A stretch of 63,738 bases of DNA, counting the filler, from Reclinomonas americana ATCC 50394 (lineage: Eukaryota): the NCBI GenBank assembly GCA_048213135.1. It is 8 parts of 5 records of this genome, joined end to end, with 100 filler letters (N's around TTAATTAATTAA, not from the genome) between each part and the next. Parts side by side here need not be neighbours in the genome. Positions count along the whole stretch, not along the records: positions 1 to 18,169 come from PS015222.1; 7 more parts are not named here. One strand, given 5' to 3'. Positions 1-12,200 of the stretch are shown in pieces (within the stretch, counting starts at the first letter, position 1; each line of letters starts with the position of its first letter). The notes under the pieces were generated by a model, which was not told the origin of the DNA, did no database searches, and saw only the letters and a list, made by a program, of their open reading frames with translations. A program made the translations under genes and the position numbers.

Positions 1-69
1 CAACATGGCGTGTTCGACATTGCCACTTACACTCGCCCCCCTCCTCTCACTCCCTGCAGCACCGTCATC

Positions 70-2595
70 ATGTCCGTCAACCCGCCTGGACCTGACGCGC
101 AGTCTGGCAACGAGCCTGCGTTGCGTACTATACACATTGGTGGTCATGTTTCGTATTGCTGTATCCGGTGGGCTGACGTGTTTTGTTGGTCACAGGGCTC
201 TGGTGCGCAGCTTTGTGGTGCAGAATGGCGCCGAGCAGAGCCGCGATTTCGCGGTGTTTGCCGGTGGCCTGACCCGCCGCAACCCGTGGGTGTTTTGCTT
301 CCTGTGCATCATCACCCTCGGCTTCTACGCGTGCATGCGCAAGAAGCAAATTGGAGGATTCCTCGTCACCTCACGCCGTGTCATTCACATGTGAGCATTG
401 CTCGCCATCAATGCATGTATGCGTTATTTTGCCCATTGCTCATTTGTGCCATGGCAGGATTCTGACACTTGACGCCTCCAACAACATTGTCGAGTACGAG
501 CAGACGTCGTTCTTTGTGCGCAACTTTGCTCATGAGACCCACTCTTACACTCAGGTGCGGCACCCTTTGCTCCCTCTCTCTCTCTCCCTCTCCCTCTCCC
601 TCTCGCTCCGTGTCGCTCACTGGTTGTTCACGCAGCCCATTTACACTTGCGGCGACTGGCTCTGCTGCATTCCATGCTGCAACTGCATCTGCTTCTGCCG
701 CACCAAGCCTGTGCCGATGACCGAGGTCGACCTGTACTTCTTCGAGTACCCGAATCTCGAGGCCAAGGTCCGCGGTGGCAACGCCAGCCAGATTTGCATC
801 TCGTGCTGCCTGTGCTGCTGCAAGCCGTGCATTGAGTGCGCCTACAACGTGAGTTTTATTGTTTGTCTTCCCAGTTTTATTCTTCCTCCTCTGCCGGTCT
901 CTCACCTCCCCTCCTCCCCCTTTAACAGTGCTGCAGCAGCGGCGGTGCTCGCGTGCGCAAGAACCGCGCCTGGATGCGCATGGAGGTGGAGCTGCAGACG
1001 GGCATGCGCGACATGACCAACATGCTCGCCGCCATCCTGTACTACCACCCGGCCAAGTACACTCAGCGTGGCGTCAAGTGGGACCCGCAGCGCCCCGAGA
1101 CCCAGAACCACCCGCGCATTCGTGCCGTGGCGCTGGAGAAGACCGAGGACTACACGGTGTTTGACCGCGACCGCGTGGTGCCGCTCGACCCGGCCACCCC
1201 GACCAACCCGATCTCCACCTGGGGCCTCGTCGACGGCGAGCTGGTGTACGACGGCTTTGCCGGGCGCGTCCGCTTCTGCACTTGCACTGTGTGCATCCTG
1301 TCGATCATCACCCTCGGCATCTGGCTGCTCATCACCAAGATCAACTACGACAACTGCGCCAGCATTCGCCGCGAGTACTTCCTCATCACTGATCGCCGCC
1401 TCATCCGCTACACCCTGCACACCACTGGTGCCAAGTCGGTGCCGCGCCTGGTGCCGTCCAACGAGCACGGCGTGGAGGAGTTCTACCTGGAGCTCTCGTC
1501 CTGGGTCATGACCTCGTTCCACACCTACCGCTACTCGGAGGAGTCGAGCTGCATGGCGTGCTGCGGCCACTGCTGCTGCTGCCTGAAGAAGTCGTACTTC
1601 GTCAGCCTGTTCACCGCCTTTGGCAAGATCGTCATTGAGGGTGAGGGCGTGAACCAGACGGTGTCCACGTCCAGCGACAAGGACACTGCGCTGGAGGGCT
1701 TCCTGAAGGGCCTGATGCTGCAGCACACCGAGACGCCGCTGCTCGAGGTGCTTAACCCCGGCGCTCTGGCCATTACCCGCACCGACACGCACCCCTACCT
1801 GGCCGCTGAGGACCTCAAGCGCCCGGGTGACGACGATGACGTGCTGCTGCTCGATGCCAACCCGCAGAACCAGCATGGAGTGGTACGTGGTTGTTTTTTT
1901 GAGGGCGGGGATGCAAAAGGAAGAGTGAGCTAACTTGTTGTTGTTGTTGTGTGCACAGCCGCAAGAGGTGCTGCTGGCTCAGGTGTCTGGCCGCCCGTAC
2001 GGCAACTGCTGCGTGCGCTGCCTGTGCTGCGTGCCGTGCCGCCTGGTCACATGCTGCTGCTGCCCGCGCGAGAAGACGAAGGACCTGTACATCACCACTC
2101 AGCGCCTCATCACCAGCGCCACTGTGCGCACCCCGTGCTGCGGCCTGGTCATGGACAGCAACACCGAGTACTACGCTCTCCGCGTCGTCAAGCGCATCAC
2201 CTTCAACCAGTCGTACTGGTGCAACTGCGTCGGCGCCTGCTCATGCTGCCCCGTCTCGTACCTCGCTGTCGACACGGATCTCGACTTTGAGCACAGCCAC
2301 GAGGGCCACGAGACCTACACCATTGAGAGCATCACCGGTGTTGGCAACCGCGACAAGACCGGCGCCGACCGCAGCGCTGATCTGTCGCTCGAGGACAAGT
2401 TGCGTTTCTCAATCTTTATCCCATCCCTTCTCATCCACAGATACTGACTCTATTTCCGCAAATTCCAGGGGCCGCATTCTGGTCGCCGCGCTCGCCGTCA
2501 TGAACGTCCACGAGGATTGGATCATGCGCAAGCGCATCCTGGAGCACGGTCTGACCGCCCAGGTCGACACGGAGGTCGTGCCGGCTTACGTCTAA
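70..2595 (+). CDS. Multi-exon Cys-rich membrane protein with three repeated hydrophobic-segment + PH-like modules; function unknown
   Basis: Spliced ORF MSVNPPGPDAQ...VVPAYV* with GT-AG introns (e.g. 120-195, 2399-2468). Recurring motifs FLVTSRRVI, YFLITDRRLI and LYITTQRLI each follow a Cys-rich hydrophobic segment. Confidence 0.75.
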
Positions 2596-3036
2596 GCGTG
2601 ACGTCACGATGCTCATGTGCGGCGGTGTGGCATCTTTTCCCCTCGCCTGCCACCGACACGTGCAGTCTCTTTGTGCATCAGTTTTCTCTCCTTTCATTCT
2701 TTACTTCCGGTTGCCCGCGATCTTCCTCAGTTGCATCGTGTTTTATGTGAGCGTGCGTGCGTGCGGATTTATTTTATGAAGACGACGTGCTTTTTGCGTG
2801 CGAGTGAGTGTGAATGTTTGTGGTTTTGTGTGCGTGTGTCGGCAGTCCACTGAACTGATTTTTTCGGCTGCCTCGCGTCACAATCCTTTCTGTTTTCCTT
2901 TCTTGTCTTTTTTGAGAAGGAGAGAACTGTCTGTGTGTGTTTGCACTTATCGTCGTCTGGCCCCCCCCCGTCGCCCCCTCCACTTACTTTGGTATACATG
3001 AAAAGCGTTCCCTTCGACACCATTCGTGCACATTGT

Positions 3037-4076
3037 TCATGAGGGATTCGTCACACGGGGGGTCACACCGAGGTCGTCGACCGCCAAGCCAGAGACCGGT
3101 GGTGCAAATCCGCGCGACGACAGGGGTGGCATGAGAGAGTGCGAACCGACAGTGGCACTGGCAGCACCGCCCGTGCTCGAGGTGGCCATCATGTCGCGCG
3201 CCACGCGGAAGCACAGCATCTCAAACGTAATGTGCGTGCTGGAGCCCAGCTCGGCGCCAATGCGATCCACGGCGTCGAGGATCGGCTCCCACTGCGCGAG
3301 GCGACCGCGCTCCTCGGCCAACTCGCGTAACCGCACCGACAGCGACGCACATGAGGCCGCCATCGATGTGCTCAACAGACGGTCGGCCGACACCCACAAG
3401 TCTGCGAGCGGGAGGTGAGACGCGAGAACGGGAGACGCGAGAAAGCAAGAGCACGACACGGACTGACTCACCCATATCGACAAACCACAAGTAAAACGCG
3501 GCGTACATGTGATCAAAGAGAAACGTGGTCTCCCACACATCGACGCCGCCCGGCTGCATGTGCAGGAACGGTAGGAGATGATCGCGCACATCACTGGGGA
3601 AGTCCGGGGTCAACACGCGCAGCAACTCCACAAACTCAGGCAGTATCAACTGCGACTGCGATTGCGATTGTGATGACGAAGATGATGCACCGGTTTCGTC
3701 CTCAGTCGCCGCTGCTGCTGTCCCAGTCGACTCAGTGGCCGACGCTCCACCATTGTTGCGCGATCGCAACACGGAGAAACGCGCAAACACCTCAAAGAAA
3801 TGCCGACAAAAGGCGCGACGATTGTCGCGCCGCAACACAATGTAGCCGTACTCGCGGTGTATGATGTTGCTGCCAGTGACCACTGTAGCGAAACTGCAAG
3901 CACAGCAGTGAGACAGCCGGGAAAGGAGTGAGTTGTCTCGCACGTGTGCGCAACTAATCGGCAATCTCTCCCAGTGGATTCTCCTCGCGCGTCTCCAGCA
4001 CCGAGGCGACGACATCCTCCAGTAATGCCACCACCCCGTGCTGCTCAAGGTACTCGCGACCGCTCCCTGCTTCCAT
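3037..4076 (-). CDS. CSTPP1: CSTPP1/C11orf49-like (centriolar satellite tubulin polyglutamylase complex regulator)
   Basis: EYLEQHGVVALLEDVV...IADYFATVVTGSNIIHREYGYIV...NRRAF...EFVELLRVLTPDFP resembles recalled C11orf49 motifs. The 3' end is approximate. Confidence 0.7.
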
Positions 4077-4134
4077 GTCAGCGTCACGTCGTCGTCCCGC
4101 ACACTGTAGTCCTGTGCCGGCTAACACCAAATTT

Positions 4135-6060
4135 ATGGCTGACTTGTTGAGCCAAGACGCGGCGGCGGCGGCGGCGGCCATCACCGCTGCCATGGCTGCC
4201 GCGTCGGCCAGCGATTCTGCAAGTGGCGGTGGCGATGCTTCAAGTGCCGCTGCGCAAGACGAGGAAATCCCGCAGGCGGACGACGATTATGATGATGCAG
4301 TTGCGTGTGTGTGTGCGTGTGCTTTAATAAGGGGAGCGAAGCGCAGGGGAGGTGGCGAGAGAGAAAGCGTGTGTGTTTTGTTTGTTGGGGGACATTTCAC
4401 ACTGGCCGTTTTGTTTCTCTTTGCACGAGCCGTGTGGTTTTCGTGCGTGCGTGTATTCCCATCCGTCCCATGCCTACACTGCCTCTCCTCTCCGCGCACG
4501 CCATTGCGTCGCAACTTTGTGTGTCTTGTCTGCGGGAAATGTCACTCCTTATTGTGCCAGCGCCGCTTGCTCACTTTTTGTGTGCGTGCAGGCTGCGAGT
4601 GGCAGTGGTGGCGGCAATGGTGGAGACCGCGTGAGGACACTGTTTGTGTCGGGCCTGCCTCCGGATGCCACGGATCGCGAGATCCACTTGTTGTGCCGCA
4701 CATTGAACGGCTACGAGGGCGGCTCCGTGAGACCCACAAAGAAGGGAGTTGCGTTCTCTTTCCCCTCGTCCTCCTCCTGCTTCTCCTTTGCATTTGCTCA
4801 TGTGGTGGTGTGTAGACGTGTGCGTTTTTGCGGTTCCTGTCGCACGAGCAAGCGTTGGGCGCCATTGAGCATCTGCAGGTTTGCATGTTGTTGTTGTCAG
4901 AGAGTCGCTGTGCATAATGTGTTCGCTGACGGTGTGTGCGTTTTTGATGGCAGGGTGTGGTGTTTGACCCGAATTCATCGCTGCGGTTGCGCGTCGAGGT
5001 GGCCAAGAACGACATGAGAACAACGGTGATGAATCCGAAGCGCGGTCGCGACTTTGAATCGTCGTCGTCCTCCACGGCGTATGGTGTGTTTTGCGTGCTG
5101 TTTTGCTGCTTCTCACCGTCTGCTGCGTCGACTTACCGCTCTGTTGTGTCGATGCAGCCACGTCGTCGAGCAGTGGCTACCACAGTGCGTACTCGAGCGA
5201 TCGGTACGACGAGCCAGAGTACAAGCGACGCAAGCCCATGGGAGCCAGTGTGTACCAGGATCGCAGTTGCGTAACACGTACACTCTCTGCTCTCTCTTCC
5301 CCTTTTCTGTTTCCTCTTCCTCTCTATCCATCTATCCCGCACAGCAATTCTCCAGGCAGCGCCATCACAATACACCATTGTGTCGAAGCGTGTTCATGCA
5401 CTGTGCTAGAGCAAACCAAAAAAAGTGTCCACGCTATCTCGCCAATGAGCCTCTGAGCCATGACCTGTCGAGACGACTGGTTACACTACATTCTTTCCTT
5501 CATCCTCGAACTCCTTTTTTTCTTTTCCTGGTCATCTCTGAACACTTTTGCCATTGCCTCTTCCCTTGTCGTCTCACCCTCTTCGTTGCTGTTGTTGGTT
5601 TGCCCTTGCTAGGTCGCATGTCGGCCTACGGCTCTGGATCCAGCGGGATGGCACCTCCACCCGCCATGCCGTCCATGTCGCACTACGCGGTGCCACAGGC
5701 CGCTGCCCCGCAGATGATGCGCGGCGGTCCAGTGAGCTCCGACTGGTACTCGCCAGCCGAGTCCGACTATTCGGCGGCCGCTGCCATGCACGCCGGTCAC
5801 AGCCAGTACGTGACGGTGAGTGTGTGTTGTGTGTCTAGTGGTTCTGCATTGGTTGATCGCTCCCCTCACATTGCCTGCCCGCCAAGCAGCACCCGGTGCA
5901 GCACGACATTTACGGACAGCAGGCCGCCGCGGCAGCCGCCGTCGCAGCGTCCATGCAACAGCAGCAAGTGCACCACTACCAGCACCAGTCAGTGGGTGCC
6001 CCGAATTCAGTGTCCGCCGCCGCGGCAGCAGCTGCGGCTGCCGCTGGCGGCGCCAAGCGT
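4135..6060 (+). CDS. RRM RNA-binding protein, RBPMS/couch potato/MEC-8-like; 3' end lost in gap
   Basis: Spliced VRTLFVSGLPPDATDREIHLLCRTLNGYEG...GVVFDPNSSLRLRVEVAKN followed by an Ala/Gln low-complexity tail. Confidence 0.8.
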
Positions 6061-6816
6061 NNNNNNNNNNNNNNNNNNNNNNNNNNNNNNNNNNNNNNNN
6101 NNNNNNNNNNNNNNNNNNNNNNNNNNNNNNNNNNNNNNNNNNNNNNNNNNNNNNNNNNNNNNNNNNNNNNNNNNNNNNNNNNNNNNNNNNNNNNNNNNNN
6201 NNNNNNNNNNNNNNNNNNNNNNNNNNNNNNNNNNNNNNNNNNNNNNNNNNNNNNNNNNNNNNNNNNNNNNNNNNNNNNNNNNNNNNNNNNNNNNNNNNNN
6301 NNNNNNNNNNNNNNNNNNNNNNNNNNNNNNNNNNNNNNNNNNNNNNNNNNNNNNNNNNNNNNNNNNNNNNNNNNNNNNNNNNNNNNNNNNNNNNNNNNNN
6401 NNNNNNNNNNNNNNNNNNNNNNNNNNNNNNNNNNNNNNNNNNNNNNNNNNNNNNNNNNNNNNNNNNNNNNNNNNNNNNNNNNNNNNNNNNNNNNNNNNNN
6501 NNNNNNNNNNNNNNNNNNNNNNNNNNNNNNNNNNNNNNNNNNNNNNNNNNNNNNNNNNNNNNNNNNNNNNNNNNNNNNNNNNNNNNNNNNNNNNNNNNNN
6601 NNNNNNNNNNNNNNNNNNNNNNNNNNNNNNNNNNNNNNNNNNNNNNNNNNNNNNNNNNNNNNNNNNNNNNNNNNNNNNNNNNNNNNNNNNNNNNNNNNNN
6701 NNNNNNNNNNNNNNNNNNNNNNNNNNNNNNNNNNNNNNNNNNNNNNNNNNNNNNNNNNNNNNNNNNNNNNNNNNNNNNNNNNNNNNNNNNNNNNNNNNNN
6801 NNNNNNNNNNNNNNNN

Positions 6817-7556
6817 TCCTTCCTCCTCACCTTTCTCGATCTTCTCGAGACAGCTCTGCACGAGCTCCACCTTCTTTCCGAAATCCCTATGCTGCAGTCG
6901 TATCCGCATGTAACCTGTTGTTGTGACGGTGATGGTGGCGCTCATGAGTTTTCTCGTTGCGTAGGGTTGCGCGACGCGGGAGGGAAGGAACCAACGTTCT
7001 CCCCCCAACGCAACAGGAGCAGAGGCCTCGCAAGAAATCGAGGCCTTGGAAGGCGAACTCGCGGTCGGCGTTGGCGTTTGTCGTAATAAAGCGCATGACC
7101 TCACCACTCAGATCGCCCAGTCCCAGCAGATAGTCCGTATCATTGATCACAATGGCAAACGACTGCCACCACCACCACGACACCGATGAGTGACGACACG
7201 ACAACGAACACGTGATGGTGGTGCACGCAAGAACAGGAAACCTCCTGGCACTCGGCCTTGGTGATGAGTCGGCCAGTGGTGATCCAATGGAAGAAGGAGC
7301 GCGCTTCGACGTACTCCTGCACGCCCATGGAGAACGAACCCGAGTGCCTGCGAGGGGAATGAGATGCCGCGATGCAGCACACCATAAAAAAAAAAGATGG
7401 CCAAACAAGACGAAGCTTCCAGTAGCTGTCGCCCTGCAACCCCTCGGCCACACTCGTCGCAATGCCATACATGGTCTCGAGACTGCTCAGCACACGCCGA
7501 CACACTCCGCTCTCCAGTGGTTTGCGTGTCGGCAGACTGTGCACGGCCCTGTCAAC
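6817..7556 (-). CDS. TSNAX: Translin-associated factor X (TRAX), internal fragment between gaps
   Basis: FSMGVQEYVEARSF, DYLLGLGDLSGEVMR and KKVELVQSCLEKIE motifs. Confidence 0.85.
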
Positions 7557-7954
7557 CTACGCGCACCCCAGAAGGGAGGAAGACGGGAGAGAGAANNNNN
7601 NNNNNNNNNNNNNNNNNNNNNNNNNNNNNNNNNNNNNNNNNNNNNNNNNNNNNNNNNNNNNNNNNNNNNNNNNNNNNNNNNNNNNNNNNNNNNNNNNNNN
7701 NNNNNNNNNNNNNNNNNNNNNNNNNNNNNNNNNNNNNNNNNNNNNNNNNNNNNNNNNNNNNNNNNNNNNNNNNNNNNNNNNNNNNNNNNNNNNNNNNNNN
7801 NNNNNNNNNNNNNNNNNNNNNNNNNNNNNNNNNNNNNNNNNNNNNNNNNNNNNNNNNNNNNNNNNNNNNNNNNNNNNNNNNNNNNNNNNNNNNNNNNNNN
7901 NNNNNNNNNNNNNNNNNNNNNNNNNNNNNNNNNNNNNNNNNNNNNNNNNNNNNN

Positions 7955-9162
7955 GGTGGCCGTGGCGTTCCTAATTGGCCTGACCAGCACCAATGTTGAG
8001 TGCCATGCTGCAGACGTGCTCACTCTACCTCTCTGAATTCTCATCGCCGTCTCTGTGCGTCCAGTGGTACTCGAGTTCCGCGCACAATCTGTTGAACTTC
8101 CTGCTGTGGGCCCTCCTCAACACGTCGTGGTTGATCTCCGGTATTCCGATCATTCGAGGCTACTTCAAGTGGGGCCGCACGCGATATTCCACTGTCGACC
8201 ACAGACGGCGTGCGATTGAGCGTGCGTTGTTCCCGTCTGGACGCCTGGAAGAGGTGCTCGCCAATCAAGAATCGAGGTGCGACCCTGCTTCGATGTCGTT
8301 GTCGTGTACACACACCTCATCTTCGTGCTGTGTTCCTTCGCAGAGCACTCTTTCGCCAGTTCCTGGTGCGTCACGACACGTAGTCGCAGTGCGCTGAGTT
8401 GCTGGTTTGTCTCACTTGTTGTTCCCTGACACAGGTCTCCGAATTCAGCGTGGAAAATGTTGCGTTTTTTCCCCTGGTGTTGCTTGTTTGTCACGTCCGG
8501 GCAGACCGACCGTCCATCTCCGCAGTTGTGGTTCCTGGAGCGCTTCGAGGTGTACCACAAGCTGTGCAGGCGATACTCGCAGTCGCATGGCGATGATGTG
8601 GCAGCGCGGATCAAGACGCTGGGTCGGCAGATGTACACTGATTTTGTGAGCGTCAATGCGCTGCACGGCCTCAATTTGGCCATTATGCTGGCGGCACCGG
8701 TGCGGCAGGCCGTGCAAGATCACGGTGACGAAGCCTTCTTGCCTCTGCAGTATCGGGGCTCTGCACAGGCGCCGCGCAGCAGCTTTATCGAAATGTCCTC
8801 GGTGCCGCTGACGGCCGCCGGGCTCGATGCGGACGAGGCCGAGGGCGGCATCGAGACAATCTTTGACGACATTTCGCGATATGCCGTGATGGTCATGCAG
8901 GTGCGTCGGCGGTCGTGACTCTTCGACAAGTTTTTTTGCCCTCGCGTTTTGTACTCACTTGTCTCTTATGTGGCCGTCACACATGCAGCAAGACTCGTTC
9001 TGGTTTGTCTCCCTACCCGTGCTCTCTTTCCCAATATTCTCATTTGCTGACGGCCTGTGTACGCGTGTGTGCAGCCGCTTCCTGGAGTCAGACGACTGGC
9101 GGAAATTCACAAGGGGTAGTTCCGCGCAACTCATCGCCGCCAAGGCTAGTGCATACATATAG
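7955..9162 (+). CDS. Membrane-anchored RGS-domain protein (7TM-RGS-like); 5' part in gap
   Basis: Hydrophobic segments (VAVAFLIGL, NLLNFLLWALLNTSWLISGIPII) precede spliced RALFRQFLVSEFSVENLWFLE...MYTDFV...LNL...IFDD...QDSFCRFLESDDW, an RGS box. Confidence 0.75.
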
Positions 9163-9204
9163 GTAAAGAGGAGAATTATGACAGTGTGTGTTTATATAGA
9201 GATT

Positions 9205-12200
9205 CTACTTCATGCGAACATAGCAGCGGACGTCGGTGACAAACTGCACCAACGCTTTCCTAAAGTGATGCTTCATCTCGCTGGTGATGGCGGCCTGCGG
9301 TAGCCTCGAATGTGTTGGCGACGGTGCAGTGGCCACAATCAGCAGGCGACTGAATGCCTGCTCCACGGGTTCTCGGTAGCTGTCGTGCAGCACGTAGCCC
9401 ATCAACTCAGCGGCCAGAGCGCGGAACGAACCCTGGGTGGAGCAGCAGAATGAGAAGAAGAGGAGGAACGCAAGAAGCACAACTGCACATGCGTCGTCGT
9501 GGCAAACCTCGTCGGCAAGCACGAGAGCCAGCATGGCGTCGGCGGCCTGGTCCAACAGATCCGAGTTCACGTCCTCAAACACCAACATGTTGAGCAGCTG
9601 ATGCTGGAAACGCGAGAGTGCCGGTGGCTCCGATTGGAGAAGCAGTGGCACGCCACCATCTGTGAACGAAGGGGGTGTGAGAGACCGAAGCAAAGTGCAT
9701 CGTGCTGTTGCATCCACTCACCGGCTTGGTAGCGCAAGTGGTAGAATACGAGTGCCGCAAGCGCCTCCAGCGCCAGCTGGCACACTTTGCCATTGTGTCT
9801 GTGCGATGTGCTTGTCGGTAAGGTTCCTTTTGCGCACAAGGTGGACAACAGCAGCAGCAGTGCACAACGCAACAATTGGCGAAGACCAAACTCGATGCCA
9901 GACATCACATGCCCGAACATGTCAGCCGGCAACTCGGCAACACGCTCGGGGAACACCGTGGTCAGATAGCGCAAAAAGTGGAAGAACTCCGACGCCAGGT
10001 TGGGGTACTGTTTACGCGTGTGCGCGTGTGTGTGCGAGTCAGCAACAGCAACAAGCGTGGGAAACCGCACGAGCAGCGACAAACCTCGAACAGCTCCGGT
10101 CGCAGCAGTGGCATCAGTGTCGCCAGGCCGAAAAAGACGACATGTGCCACGGTCAGCTCACCCTCGGCCACGGCCTCTGGCGCAGCAGCTAGAATAGAAA
10201 AGCAAGTAATGTCAGCTACGACCGCTGCGTGCGTCTGCTTTTGTTACGCAACGGCCATCCAGCGAGAAATCGAGAAAGTCCTTGTTGAACAAGTGCGTGA
10301 GCATCTTTAGCAGAATGATGAGGTCCGTGATTTGCTCATCGTCTTCTGACTCCACTTGCTCGTGCGACAACCGTGCTGGTGCGGACCGACCTTGAGTAAT
10401 GTGCGCCACAATGAGGCGCGAGAAAGAAAAAGGAAAAGGCCGCAAGAATGAGGCACACTCACTCACCAGTGTTCTGGCGAGAGTACCACTTGAGAACATC
10501 CGTACAAAGTGCATACACCAGCTGCGTGTGCGTGTTGGGCACGAGCACAAACTGCACATAGCGCACGAGATTTAGCCTATCCGAGTCCATGCCGTCGTCA
10601 TTCACCGATGCTGTCGCAGTGACGCACCTGGATGTCGACCATGTCGCACACCAGCTGCATGACCAGCGTCGTCACTGGCGAGTACATGTGGAACACTTCC
10701 AGCAAATGTCGCAGAATGATGAAGAATTCAGTCAGGAACAGGAAGAGTAGCTCGGCCACACTCGAATCCGAGGCCAGTACAGTGCCGCGAAGCATTTCCA
10801 ACAGTGCCTGAATCGTGGACTGCGCGATAAAAGTAAGCTGACATGCAGCGATCGAGTTCTCCCCCCTGCTGTGATTCGCAATCGCACCTGCGTCGCAGGC
10901 GAACTTATAGACTGCGCAAAGTCGTCAGCCGACACCACAGCGACAATCCGTTCCTGCAGGCACAAGGAATAAGTCGAGACGGATGCGCATGCCGTCCGCT
11001 TTACAGACGTAACTCGCAGTGGGGTGAGTATTCTGAGAAACGCCTGCTCACTCTCCTCCCGCCGATCAGGCGACGAGCACACGTGACAGGCGGCCACGAC
11101 AAGCGATCTGCACAACAGCAACAACAACAACAATGCACAACTCAGAGAATGAAACGACGCGTGGCTCGGCAGTCAGTGGTGGCCGAACCTTCGAATGTTC
11201 AGTGGATGACTGGCGAATGTGCCCTCGAAGCCGACATTGGCCAGCGCCACCATCCACCACGAGTCTGCGGTGCGTGTGAGTGAGGCGAGTGTGACAGACT
11301 GCAACTGTGCACGGCCACGCACCCAAGTTGATCATGGTGTTGCCGATGGCTTTCCGCTTGCTCAGCGAGATGAGCAAGTCGCACAACTTTGCGAGTGCGA
11401 GGGACAGTAAGAGCACAGCACGGCCACAAGGAAGCGCGTGACACGGCCGAACCTTGCCACACAGCACGGGCTCGGTGGGCAAACATCGGAAAATCTCATA
11501 GGCCAAATGAAGAACGACTTGCACGACGTGCACGGCACCATCGCACTCGGGACCGTACAGCTCGCCAAGTGTGGGACTGGGGAGGATGTAAGAGAGAGAG
11601 TGTGCGCCAGCGAGCGACGGGGGAGACCGACCAATAGTGCTCGTATTGTGAAATGTCTGGCATGAGGTACGTGGCCGCCCATCGCTCCAGAAACACACAG
11701 AGAACCTCCAACACACGCGGACTGGCCATTACGTGCTGCGTGCCGTGTCAGGGTGAGAACATGCCCGAGAAGTGCATGGTGGCGATGCAAGTCAACAGAA
11801 AAAACCTGCGAGTAGTGCGTCAACAGGTCGGCCACAAGCGATGCAAACTGCACAATGCCATTGGAGATGGCGACCAGCGGATTTCCGTCTGCCGGAGTCT
11901 GTCAACAGTCGCCCCGATGAGTTGGAGCGACGACATGATGGTTGGGAAAGACGGCGAAACACAACTTCGCGAGACATGTCCAGAATCGACCGCGGCACCA
12001 TCGGCGTCTCACCATCGGGCGAGTCCGCCAACACCGCAGTCAGCAGTCGCAAAAGCCAGTAGATGTCCTCCAGCATCTCAATACTGTGTACCGGTCCGTT
12101 CTCTGTTGCCGATGATGAGTCTTGTACTGTCCCAAACAGGACTGCCCCCGAAGGACCAACACACCGAGTTCCACGAGCATTGCTTCGGGTGGGGTTTCCG

